Of a DNA stretch of 34,904 nucleotides, positions 1-10,937 are shown one piece after another. The position numbers and the translations under genes are program-made. Location: the NCBI GenBank assembly GCA_013115125.1, contig JABANN010000366.1, forward strand, positions 1-34,904, given 5' to 3'. Source of the DNA: Perkinsus olseni (lineage: Eukaryota). Below the pieces are notes generated by a model that ran no database searches, was not told the DNA's origin, and was given only the letters and a program-made list of their open reading frames with translations. Position 1 is the first letter of the stretch; each line of letters begins with the position of its first letter.

Positions 1-283
1 TGCACTACGCAATTGTGCACCATTGTGCAGTGCTGTCCCGATTCCGGCCGATACCACACTTCACACCGTCACAACCAGGGTGATTCTAATCACATCGAAC
101 CACAGCTAGAGGTTTCCCCCACAAGAAACCGTTCCGCATTTCTCTACGATGGAATACGACGGGAGCCCTCCAGTTGCTGTGTGAGGAAGGTCGTGGGTTT
201 TACTGACTTTATAGAAAACATCGCGGTAGGTTGTCGCTGTCAGACAGTCTTGCCCTACTACAGCCAGTGGTTTCCGATGATGA

Positions 284-321
284 TGCTAACTGACAGTTAG
301 CAGGTACAGTTAGTAACTGTA
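284..321. promoter_or_regulatory. Two adjacent perfect palindromes built from TAACTG/CAGTTA (Myb-type YAACKG elements)
   Basis: TGCTAACTG-A-CAGTTAGCA (284-302) and TACAGTTA-G-TAACTGTA (305-321). The palindromes are directly visible; a regulatory role is inferred. Confidence 0.35.
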
Positions 322-1692
322 GCTTCGTTACGATCACCTACTTCTGGTGTCGTAACTTGTGTACGGCGGTTACGTATAATGGACCGCTCTGAATGATCCT
401 ATACCGAGTCTGCGAGTAACCCATGGTAGCCCGGCCATAAGGCGTCCCTGGCTTCAAATTGAAATAGTTGACGGGAGAAAAGGTTATTTGCATAACGGTT
501 TGGTTCACACTGTACAAGCGGTCCTGATACTATTGAGAACCCCTTGTGCGCGGGCTTCTACTCGGAGGAGGTTCTTGCCCTCTACCCCCCACGACAGATC
601 TACGCTGCACGCCATCGTGACGTGCGACGGAAGCTGCCAGTGTGACAGTGACGACTGGGTTGCTCTCGTATAGCTTCTCAAGTAGTTGACATGTGTGTAG
701 CCCCAGTACCTGTTTTCACGGAGCCCTGCCATCAGCGAGTGTGTTGTGTTTGTCGTTGAAGTAAGGGTTGCTGCATCGGTGAGGTGGACAAATCCTCGCT
801 GATATTTTTGGTAAAGCGCCGCCGTGAATCTCCACTATGTAGACCAGGCGGTAACGAGGCCGCACTTGGGACGCTCGGGAAGAGAGAATCCTGACCAGAC
901 ACAACTCTCAATACACGTCTTCAACCATTGAAATCCCTTCAACCCGTCGGGTGGTAACATTGCAAGCCAGTTTGAAACAGTCGACGAACAGGGTCGAACG
1001 CCACTTTTTTACATGCATTCGGCATGGTATGGTCATTCGGAACGACTCGTTCCGAAATTGACGTGGTCATAGCGCTTCATTGAACCCTCGTGCAACTCAT
1101 TACTTGACGATACTTCACAATACGCCGCTAGGTACTGGCAAACCGTAAAGAAAAATTGGTGGACTGTGGAGTCAATGGCAAGACGGAAATAAGATTCCAA
1201 GGGTTCGGTAATTAACGTCCACAAGCAGCCACAGTCCTTACTGAGGAGAACACAAGAAGGTGTAGATGATGATGAGCAAATTTAACAGTTTAAGAGTTCT
1301 GGTCGATGAACTGACACACTAGAGTAGAATTGACTTCGTCGTAGTGGATCATGAAATCACGGATGAGCTATGTACAGCTGCTCTCGACGCTAGCCAAAGA
1401 GCAAAACCAACAACAAATGAAAAAACGGATCTGAATCTCGAACATCTCAACTTGGGGTTCTCATGCGGTCCCCCACGGAAGAAGTGCAGCTACCTTAAGA
1501 CGACGAAGACTCAATGGCTCTTGTCGAATAAGCTGCCAGTCATCTGGCGTATAGTGTGTTATAATGTAGGTTAATTTGGTATAGTTGTTTCAGTAGAAGG
1601 AAACAAACTTGATGAAAAAAATAGTCATAATGATAGTAGCAGCACACGAGCTGTGTTTCTCGAAGAATCGCTCCTCGTTGCCAACACGGATG

Positions 1693-2299
1693 TCAGCGAG
1701 TGAGCAGTCGATATCGGCGTTGAGATGGTAGGAAGCTGAGGCAAGATAAGATCGCCCCCATGCACCCTTCAGTAGAAGAGAGACCAGCGGCCACGCTCGG
1801 ATGCCAGGTTGAATTGCGTCTATTGTAATCCTGAAAAGACACCAGATAACCGACCCGGTGATGTGGCAAGTCTCACCTTGTAGCTTTCCACGTAATGATA
1901 AGTCGCTAATGATTGTATGGGGGTCTCCTCTCCTCCGTCATGGTGTGAAGCCGCAGTGGACGTCGATGCATCCAAGCAGCCTGTAGTTGCACACGCAGAC
2001 GAGCGTGACGTGTCGCCCAGCGAGAGGCTCTTCTTCAAGGACTCATCAGGATGCGATTGTTGGTCCGCAAATGTTACAGACAGAGACCGGCGTTTACAGG
2101 TCACATTCTCGATCTCAGAATGAGAACTAGTATCTGAGGTTGACACATGAACCTGGCGCGGGCAAGATTCCCCAGATATACCGCTGCTGTAGTCGGCTGT
2201 CGTCGATGCTTCAGACACAAGAGAGCACGTGGAGGAGCTTCCCTTGGTTGTATCTCGTAAGCAGGATTTCAACGCTGCGGTTGTTGTGGAGGTATCCAT
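1693..2299 (-). CDS. Ser/Thr-rich protein with putative PP1-docking motifs (SILK-like LKSCLR, RVxF-like RRSLSVTF, VESYKDYN); 186 aa, 2 exons
   Basis: Exons 2299-1877 and 1830-1693 are joined by a 46-nt GTGAG...TTTCAG intron (1876-1831). Splicing gives in-frame ...HYVESYK|DYNRRNSTW...LLTR*. Confidence 0.7.
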
Positions 2300-2863
2300 G
2301 AAAGACTGTTACTGAAGTTGCAACGATGTTGCAACGCGCTTTGCAACACCTGATTCGTGCATCCCGAAGGCGGCAATCGGAAAACAGTTGGATTATGCTC
2401 ATATAAGGATCGGTGGTTATAAGTTTAACGCTCGATTAAAGTAGTTGCTGGGAGGGACATTTCTAGGAAGGCGCAAGCTAGGATAATCTGCCTGAATCTT
2501 GCTGGCTTGTACTCACTTGCTCATCTTCCTAACCATTTGGCCTGTCGCCCGAATTCGCCGCAGCCGATATGTTCCGCGTGCAGACAAGCTACTATGTCCT
2601 TTTGCTTACGTAGAGGAGAGTCTAGCCGTGATGGTATACACCGTGTTACTCCCACTGGACGCTTGCGACGGACTCGTCCGGGATAGCGCATGATAGTGCG
2701 CTCCTGCAATGACTAGCTATGGTATGAGATACGCCACAGAGTGATGATCGTTTCAAACGGTCGAGCATCCAGGGACTATCATGGAGGTATCTGCATCGCT
2801 CGATATTGACGCTGAGATTTCCATGTTTGCAGCCTTGACAGCAGTAGTTCACCTTTCCTGTAA

Positions 2864-4187
2864 AATAACACAGAGAAGGCCTTGGAAACAAAACAGTATC
2901 ACTTTCTTGTGTCATTCATGCGTGAGCACTACATCGGCCTCATCCTCATTGGGCAGCTTCATCTTCGTGCTAAAGGGCATAGTCCTCGCCAGAAGGTGGG
3001 TGTCAATGCATGCTCTGATTCGATCGAAGCTTGTTACGGTGTTCTTGTCGGCAACCCCCTCAGGGTCAGCTGCGAACCCAGCGTGAGCCCGAGCGCAGCT
3101 GCGTGCTCAGCACTACCGATTTCCAAGGGAAGGGTCAATTCAGTCGCAACCTGGGAAACCTCGAAGTCGAATGTTCACCAGTAATCAGGGGTGCCTTAGT
3201 AAGATTGGACCGTTTATCGCAGGATTGGGCATCAGTAGCTGCGAAGTACGATGAGGAGACGAAACAGTACTTTCTAGACTACGTTTCCATTGAGCTCACG
3301 TAAGCCCAGTAGAATTGGTGAGATTCATGATCATCGTTGACTGGGGAAATCTTAAACGACCTCAGGGAAAGTCACGGCGCAGAGGAAACAAGCCGAATCA
3401 CGCGCCATTACATTAGACCTGGCGAGCTGCAGTACGAGGCCGTAGAGCACTACGTCATGGGAGACAGTGGGAGTTGCGACGAGAGCATCTCTACCGGGGC
3501 GGAACGATTCCTCGAAGAAGGATTCTTGAGGAACAAATTCCGCACTGATATGGACGCAAACTTCAACAACAATCGTTCAACTTACTCGCCTCTGGTTATA
3601 GCCAGGACTGTTCAAGACCTATCGACATTTGAGATGATGTTCGCGCCTTACCAAGCACAGGCCGTTGACAACGGGAACACTCAAACCGGAGTAAGTTTGG
3701 GGACCGGGAGCTACCAGTGGATGACCTTCACTCGACCTTCTCAGGAGCATCCAATTTCGCTGCTCACAGTTCTGTGGAATTCTGGGCACGACTTTGCTTT
3801 CGTTAGCATGATAACCTTCGTGGACCCCAAATCAAAGGCAAACGTTAGGTAAGCGAACGAAGCCTTCCGCCGTATCCCGAGCCGATACCCCTGTTGCCTC
3901 GTGACATCAGGATACCACTCTCCTCGGAAGGCCTCGAAATTGTGAGAACGGCATGGAAGGACGTCAGCCACGGGAGAGGGAAAGACTTCGAGCAAAAGTT
4001 CATTTCTATGTTGATTGATGTTGGCAAGAAGCTGTTGGAGAATCCTGGAATTAAGGCCAATGCCGAGAGCTGGGGTCTCATGCAAGAACGCGAGCCTGGA
4101 AAGGCCGCCTTCACCGTGACGCTCATTGTCGCCGTCGCCACGAATTGGAATGAGGATGTCAAGGATTACATCCCTCATCAACCCTGA
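2864..4187 (+). CDS. Multi-exon hypothetical protein; 5' end unresolved, possibly decaying
   Basis: GT-AG introns 2996-3063, 3300-3365 and 3849-3910 join ORFs 2882, 3031, 3337 and 3894 in frame to TGA 4185-4187. An in-frame TAA at 2861-2863 blocks simple upstream extension. Confidence 0.6.
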
Positions 4188-4573
4188 AGCAAGCCACGCG
4201 AGCATGCGTTGACAGCGATTCTTCAACGTGACTTGTGTAGGAAGAAGGCAACTACCAATCTGTCAATGAATGCTATGTGATGTTTGAGCTGTGGATGTGA
4301 GATGTGCTACCCTTGCTGCCCTTGTGTTAACAGTCGGAGAAGTAGAGGTTTAAGATACGGCAAGGTTCCTCAGAACAATTACAGTGAGTACCGTGTTACG
4401 CTTTTGGAATGCCAGCTGGATTTCCAAGTTCGTGGTCAACCTGTGACAGGCCCCATCAAAGAACTCCACACCTTTTTGATGAAACGAAAGAGACGGTATG
4501 ATACACAAAAGATGGCGGTTCCTGACACACGTGTTCCACAGCTAAGGCGGGAAGCCGCAGCTCCTTTGACTTT

Positions 4574-6128
4574 TTAGAAAAATCTGTCAGCCCCCAACTT
4601 ATGGAGAAATGAAAGTAAAAAAATTATGACGAAGAGGCCGCCGAGACAGAGAAGCACCTCATTCACTAGACTACCGATCGAAGATCTGCGGCGTGGATGA
4701 TAAAATAAGTCGGAGCCACACAAGATCTGCGTTATAACATTATACCCAAGGAAGCAAAAGGCGAATACTGTGCCGAGACACCATTTGTTCATCTTCGCGA
4801 AAGTCCAGCTCGCTGTGAGCTTGTGTGCAACAAGCAGCATCAATGGAGCACGAAGCGCTAGCATGATCATTGGAGTAATCAATGTTCGCATATCCCACAG
4901 TGCTCGATGGACAGTACTGGGTAGGGGCTCTTCAACTATACCAGGCTTAACGATGGCCTTCATGAACATTTGCTTGCCAGTAACCGGAGTGGTGGCCAGG
5001 TTTACAAGGCTAACGATGACGAGGGGAATGAACGGCGCGCAGACAAGACGCATGGACGCCCAAGAAAACAACCAACTCGGAAGACGCTTCTCCTCGCGTT
5101 CACCTAACCACAGGCCTCTCACGACCGCTTCGAACTTTGCCTCCGAGCCGTACATATCAGCTATAAGCTGCTTGAGGGAAGAGTAGTCGGCTAATGATGA
5201 GCACTTAGATCGGCGCACACTGAAGCTCTTCACCTTGGAGCAGAATTCTCGCCATTCCTCGCTGCAAGCGAAGGCTTCGCGGCCTATTAAGAAACTCGTG
5301 ACTAGTGTCAACAGATATCCGATGTAACTAAACTTCCGGGGGAGCGCAAACTCCTCCGCAAAGTCCAGGATAATAATTGTCAGAAACTGCACAAGCATCA
5401 GGGATACACAGAGCTTAATGTGTTTCATGTTAACCAAGATAACATCTTCCTTCTTATGAGTCCGCAGGAAGACGGCCAACTCGTAGACACACCAGAGGCG
5501 ATCGAGGTAATCAGGAGACCAGAGTATCAATAACTTGTTCGATACATGAAGATAGTCTGCTAGCCTGGATATACCATAGGACTTGGCAATGGGGTCATTC
5601 TGTGGTATACAACATTTATCGAGAAATACCATCGTGTTACGATGCTTATATAACGGGATGATGATAAGAGCGAGTAGGAATAATGCAAAGCTAATCAGGA
5701 GAATGGGTAACTCGGATGGAATACCGTATTGAAGGAGGGAGACGGATTCGAAGCGACAAGCACCCACGAGAGATAAAAATATTAAGACCGTGTAAGTCGA
5801 TGGAGAGCAGCAAAACACAAAAAGGGCCATTCGTTTCCAAAAGCCATCAGCAGACCATGAGGGGCTTAAGAAAATATCCATAGATGAGACCGGTACCGAG
5901 GAAGAGAAAGCATCGCGATGACCACCAAGAGAGTCACGAAGCAGATACTGCTCACGCAAGATCACAGATAAGGAGCAGCCTCGTAGACCAGAGTCACCAC
6001 GAACTCTTTGGGGACTTACAAATTCCCGAGTACCGTTTACCGCGGGGGCGGAACTTCTGGCCGTTGGTGATTGAAGGCCTACGGAGAACTCGTCAGGGTA
6101 GTCCATGACATCAAGTTCATTTGGAGCC

Positions 6129-6201
<73 letters not shown>

Positions 6202-6316
6202 GCGCACTATACTCTGTCGCCGTAGCTTCTTTGTTGGAGTTCGATCTACTCTTCATGAATGTATTGACTACTGCTCCGCTTGCGCGCATGAACAACGCGG
6301 ACTTAGCTAAGTACAT
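4574..6316 (-). CDS. Intronless multi-pass membrane protein with a split TIR-like domain and N-terminal polyQ (580 aa)
   Basis: One long ORF with motifs DIFLSPSW, VFLDKCCIPQ, SNKLLILWSPDYLDRLWCVYELAVF (TIR-like WCxxEL) and several long hydrophobic segments. Confidence 0.8.
6128..6202 (-). repeat. Coding microsatellite (CAA)24+CAG encoding Q25
   Basis: Perfect (TTG)24 at 6131-6202 plus CTG at 6128-6130 on the + strand. Confidence 0.97.
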
Positions 6317-6852
6317 GCGTGCAGTGACTTCGGGTTCACTCCCAAATCACACCGTTGGGAATATGGCTCATTTCATGGTCCTCTACCCCGGGCTAGTTCG
6401 CCTGCTTCACAATGATGTGTAAATTAAGGCGCCTTAAGTTCAGGAGTGACTCACCGTGAATTAGAGGAGCACCAAGCCCGTTTCAGAAGGTTTAGGAGGA
6501 TCTTGAGGAGCTCCTCGATTCAGGTTCACGTTAGTAGCACTTAAAAGAGCAACGTAAGTAGCTGAGTCATGGACTTTGCGGGGTATGGCAGCGCTGAAGA
6601 TGCCCGCAAAATCCGGCCAGCTACCTTGTTGAGTGGTAGTGGCATTGTTTACGTCGGGATGAATCCCAGGGTTCACCGACCTATCGGCCATTTTCCTGCG
6701 GGTAGTGAGTTGCATAGGATAAGAACTTGAGGCTATGATGCGCTTATGGTAGGATGAAGTCGTTGTCGCGAAACAGCGAACGAGATCTGGCGCAGCTGGG
6801 TTTCGTGATCAGACGCTTAGCGACAACGCACAGAGTGACCTATTTTTCTGTT

Positions 6853-6921
6853 GCTCAGCTAAGCAGGTAGAGCGCACGTCTATCATGGCCGAGTCTGCCG
6901 GTTCGATCCCCGGTTCGGGCA
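6853..6921 (+). pseudogene. Degenerate tRNA-like element (tRNA pseudogene or tRNA-derived repeat)
   Basis: D-stem GCTC...GGTAGAGC, B-box GGTTCGATCCC and a 3' acceptor-like TTCGGGCA are present. The anticodon stem and 5' acceptor strand do not pair. Confidence 0.45.
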
Positions 6922-7739
6922 CGTCGATTCGATTCGGGAAAATGCGCTTTGGCCAGCAGGCACTTGTGGTGCCCTTAAGTAATTGAGTTTTTCTAAACTT
7001 ACGCTGGGTGCTCCATTTCTCAGCAACTGACTAGCAGCGGTCGAATCGTGGAACGTAGTCACGAAGAATCGAAAATTTCGATCCGAAATTTGAGTTGAAC
7101 GGCGGATTGCCTTGCTCAAGCCACCCATGAGCCAATATCTTCGCCTCAAATCACCGCTTTACTTCGTCGTATATGTTTGTTCAAGGTCGTCTCCGCTAGC
7201 AGCTTTTTAAAAGAGATGAGCACTAAGCTGGACTGCACTCGAATCCTGTACCACCCAATAACATCCCCAAAGGAGTCCGTGGGGCTGCTTAATGACGCTG
7301 CCTCTCAGCGGATGATGGATGCTCTTTCGCTAGCGTTAGGGCAGTCGTTTTGTTTCTAGAGAATTCGGAGCGGCAGACTGTCATAGAGAGACGTCGTCAC
7401 AAGTAGTAACAGGGACCAAGCTGTTTTCTGTCAGCCAGCGACTTTGCTCAGGAGATTAGAGAATACTTATTGATGATTTTCTCGTTAACAATGGGGAGAA
7501 TGGGCAGGTGGGAGGATGCCATAAGCCTCATCGTATGCATTAAACCATAGCCTCTGTGCCTTACATCACCGCCGGAAACGCGGAATTAGACGACAATAAT
7601 TTGACGTACTGATGCTGGTTGGACCGCGTACCCGCTGAATAATAAGAACATACTAATAGTCCGAGCGATGGTGCAGATGGTGGCGCGCTAGAGACCGTTC
7701 CTGACACAGGAAGGATTCACGGTAGTTTAATGGCCCGTG

Positions 7740-9632
7740 ATGTCCCCTCGGAAGAGCCGCTCGACTTTGCACAGCAATGCTGAACTACCTAACCCTGTGA
7801 CTGAGGAAGAGATTGTAATAAAGCTAGAGGTGTCAGAAAATGCTTCTGAAGATTCCTCTCTCAGATCGCCCAGCTGCGGTTTGATTTCGCAGAGGAGATC
7901 GCGGAGTGCACTGCGAGTAACGATGGGGAGTGTATCCTAGATGATCACTACATTGGACGCTTCGTCAAGGCCCGGAAATGCGTCTACCAGGTAATACGAA
8001 AAACCATGGGGCACTCGGTCTGGGCTAGAGGGCTCCGAGGTCCCCAGCTTGGAGCCAATCAGAAGGTCTAGTGCGAGAGCATCTCCAAGAGTCCAATGAC
8101 GCATCTTCGGTTCATGCGCAGACTTGCTATGCTCTCAGAATGCGAAAGAGATGTTCGGGAATCATCTCGAATGGCGGAAGGAGTTTCAAGTGGATGAGCT
8201 GCGGCTGCACGGGTAGTGATTGGGGTCGTGCGCTTCTGCGGGGCCAGCGAATGGCGGTTCTCGAGGAGGGACTTCATTCCGCCGACCGGATGGAGAGCAT
8301 TTACGGACGATAGATATTTCGCTTTTTATAGTTTTATCTCTGGATGTTCGTGAGAGACGTTCAATGGGTCGTCTGTTATCAAAATATCAATCCCGTTTCA
8401 CGAGATTGACAATCTACCTGGTGGTTCAGGTTTGATTTCCCTGAGTACGAGGAGGCAAAGCGACTTTATCCCCACGGTTATCACGGAACGGACAAACAGA
8501 ACAGGCCAGTGTAGTAGCCTGGGACGACTAGGCAGGCGATGGAACGCAGCTCTGAGTGTTATTGGCTCTATAGGGTTGCCGGTCATTGACCTGCTACATG
8601 GCGTCGAGTGTAGGTACATCGAGCGTACGGGCATGGTCGATGCGGGGGAGCTGCTCAAGATAACCACCTTCGATCGATTGTTACGATATTGGGTCCAGGA
8701 GTAATTGGTCGGGCTTCCGTCTGTCTATGGATGAGGTCGCCTGAGCTCTCCCGTTAATCCGTTGGCTGCCGTGATCTGTGCTCCATATCGTTTGATACAG
8801 GTACGAGGAATTAATCGCATACAGACTGCCTGCCTGTGGAGTTGATAAGACGTGTACGATTATCGACCTTAAAGGGTTGGGCCTGAAGCAGTTCACCCCA
8901 CAAGTGAAGAACATGATGCAGGTGGGAGGGGATACTCACGGAGCTGTCGTCGAGCGTCTCCTCGTGTCGGTCGGCGGCTATATGTGATTGTATCGGTCGT
9001 TCATTGGCTCGTGTTTTTGATGGTGAAATCTCTGGACGCACCATCATCTCGCGGAGAACTCAAATCCGTAACCTTGAGTGTTGGAGATTTTCTGGCGAAT
9101 TTCATCCGGCTCGGAATGGGGTGGAGAGGCAGTTTCTCTTAAGACTGCTGGAAAGCGACAGCGGCGATGCTCAATTGAAATCGCGACGCACGCTCAGAGA
9201 GGTTGATTTCAAGTTTATATTCCTCAGAAACTCGCCAAGGTGGCCAATGACAATTATCCAGAAGTGCTTGGAACGATGTAGGCATGTTGCAGGCGGAGCG
9301 AAGCGGCTCAGGCGTTCCTGCTCAGGTTCGTGGTTAACGCACCGTTTATCTTTACAGCGATATGGAAGGTCGTCAGCCCCATGGTGGACCCGATAACGAG
9401 GTAGCCTACTGAGAATTGCCGTCGGTTACTACTAGTAGTACCATCTTCCCGCATCCTCAGGTCGAAGATCGTCGTTCTTGGATCGAACTATAAGCCGACA
9501 CTCCATAATGTCGTTGACCCGAGTCAGTTGCCGGATTTCTTAGGAGGTGAGCATCCACACGAGTCCGTGTTGGGATACCCGGGGGGTAACTTGTACGATA
9601 TAATCGTAGAACGGGCGAAAGGCACTGATTAA
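7740..9632 (+). CDS. SEC14: Sec14-like CRAL-TRIO lipid-transfer protein (>=9 exons; start uncertain)
   Basis: Exons 7740-7829, 7865-7990, 8139-8212, 8430-8510, 8614-8700, 8801-8921, 9228-9277, 9326-9400, 9461-9632, all GT-AG and in phase. They give [76 protein letters not shown]. Confidence 0.92.
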
Positions 9633-9990
9633 GTAGAGTCTATTATCAAAGAAGGGCGATCGGTTTATCGGTGTGGTGACACGAGATGGTGTAACGCACT
9701 GCGCTGTTGGCAGCAAGTATTGTTATCGATAGTCTCACGTGCGTTAATCGTAAGGCAACGATCACAGAAGGCTGTCTCTTCCCTGACGCGAATAGTGTGT
9801 TACTTGGTAGTCTCTTCGATCATTTCGTGAAGCTCCAAATCAGAAAAATTTTATTGAAGTTGAGAATCTGCTAAGTTCGAAATCTGTGCCCGCGAGGGTG
9901 ATTTGAGTACTGCTTCGCCGCTAGTCCGGAATGCTATCAGGTACGTGTACGGCATGTGATGACGTCAGAGGCGGCTGCATGTATAGCAAC

Positions 9991-10358
9991 ATGGGGCCAT
10001 GGGTGGCTTATAAGAAGGAGAAAGAGGAAGAGAGGCGGTTAAAGTAGTGCGGCGGGTTTTTGACGAGTATTGAGCTAGTCGTATCACTTCGACTCCGTTC
10101 GCAATTACTTGCTGTTCAGCTTAGAATTGACGAACAGCTATCTTGGATGAGGATATCTCACTCAACTGGGTTCAATCGAAATCGCGAAATTCTGAGCTCT
10201 CTGATCGGCTTCGGATGATGATGTTGATCTCCCCCCAGGTCCACGGGAGATGGATCGCCGAAGTACGAGGGATCGGCGATGCCTTCAACGACGAGGAGTC
10301 ACTCAGGCTCATTCGACGACTTCATAAGTCTAGTGTCCAGCGACGAGTACCGGGAGTA
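9991..10358 (+). CDS. Possible small 3-exon hypothetical protein (MGPWVAYKKEKEEERRLKIDEQLSWMR...DEYRE*)
   Basis: GT-AG introns can join three segments in frame, but no family motif is recognised. Confidence 0.3.
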
Positions 10359-10937
10359 AGTCGCAGCCAGTTAAAAGATATCTCGTTCTTTGAACCTCTG
10401 CCAGCGGCTCACTTCTACGGGTTGGGATGAGAGAACTGTTCGGAGGCTGAGATGTCGTCGATCTCAGTGTCTCGTCTTTTTCTCTCTGTTCTGCGCTAGG
10501 AGCTGGAAACTTCATTATCGCGTCGCATAGGATACGTTCGTTCCACACGGTCATCGCAAGAGGTGGTACTTTCAGTTACGTATCTTGCTGCTCATTCACA
10601 CCGATCTCGCGCAAGGCATCTGAGGACGTCGTTGCGTCTGGAAAAATAGTAAGTCTGGGAGTCGCATCTTCTCGGATTTCACTTCCGGTCCGTGGCTTAC
10701 GAACTCGCGAGTATGAGACGTGTCAATAGTGTCCTAGTATCCTATCGCATCGCCTGTATGCAGTCGACTCGTGGATTCAAGATTCTCTGCGCTGCTTTTA
10801 CGTGTCAGTGGTCGGTAGAAATGGTTCGGTTGGTCGGCTCCAGTGGGATTACACTTTGAGGCAGTCGTTCGCTGAGGTGGAGGTTCAGTCCGGGAATCTT
10901 TGCTTTGCGGTGCGTGTCGCTGAGATCCTCCTTTCAG

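Noticed and set aside
505-1280. Minus-strand fragments (LAIDSTVHQFF...HVNFG) faintly like an aspartic protease N-terminus
   Set aside because: No DTG/DSG catalytic motif, multiple stops and no consistent exon chain.
6071-6422. Poly-Leu and poly-Cys ORFs on the + strand
   Set aside because: Shadow frames of the (CAA)n repeat in the minus-strand gene.
6424-6437. Palindrome TTAAGGCGCCTTAA, resembling a piggyBac TTAA footprint
   Set aside because: One 14-bp palindrome in 35 kb is near chance expectation, and there is no other element evidence.
6461-6715. Minus-strand ORF as a first coding exon of the TIR-like gene
   Set aside because: It ends in a stop before the GTGAG donor, and an in-frame TGA lies upstream of ATG 6316.
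7177-7720. Small exon-like pieces upstream of the Sec14 gene
   Set aside because: Several incompatible splice solutions; none can be chosen without transcripts.
10150-10238. Possible non-canonical GA-AG intron
   Set aside because: A GT donor at ~10170 gives the same phase, so a GA donor is unnecessary.
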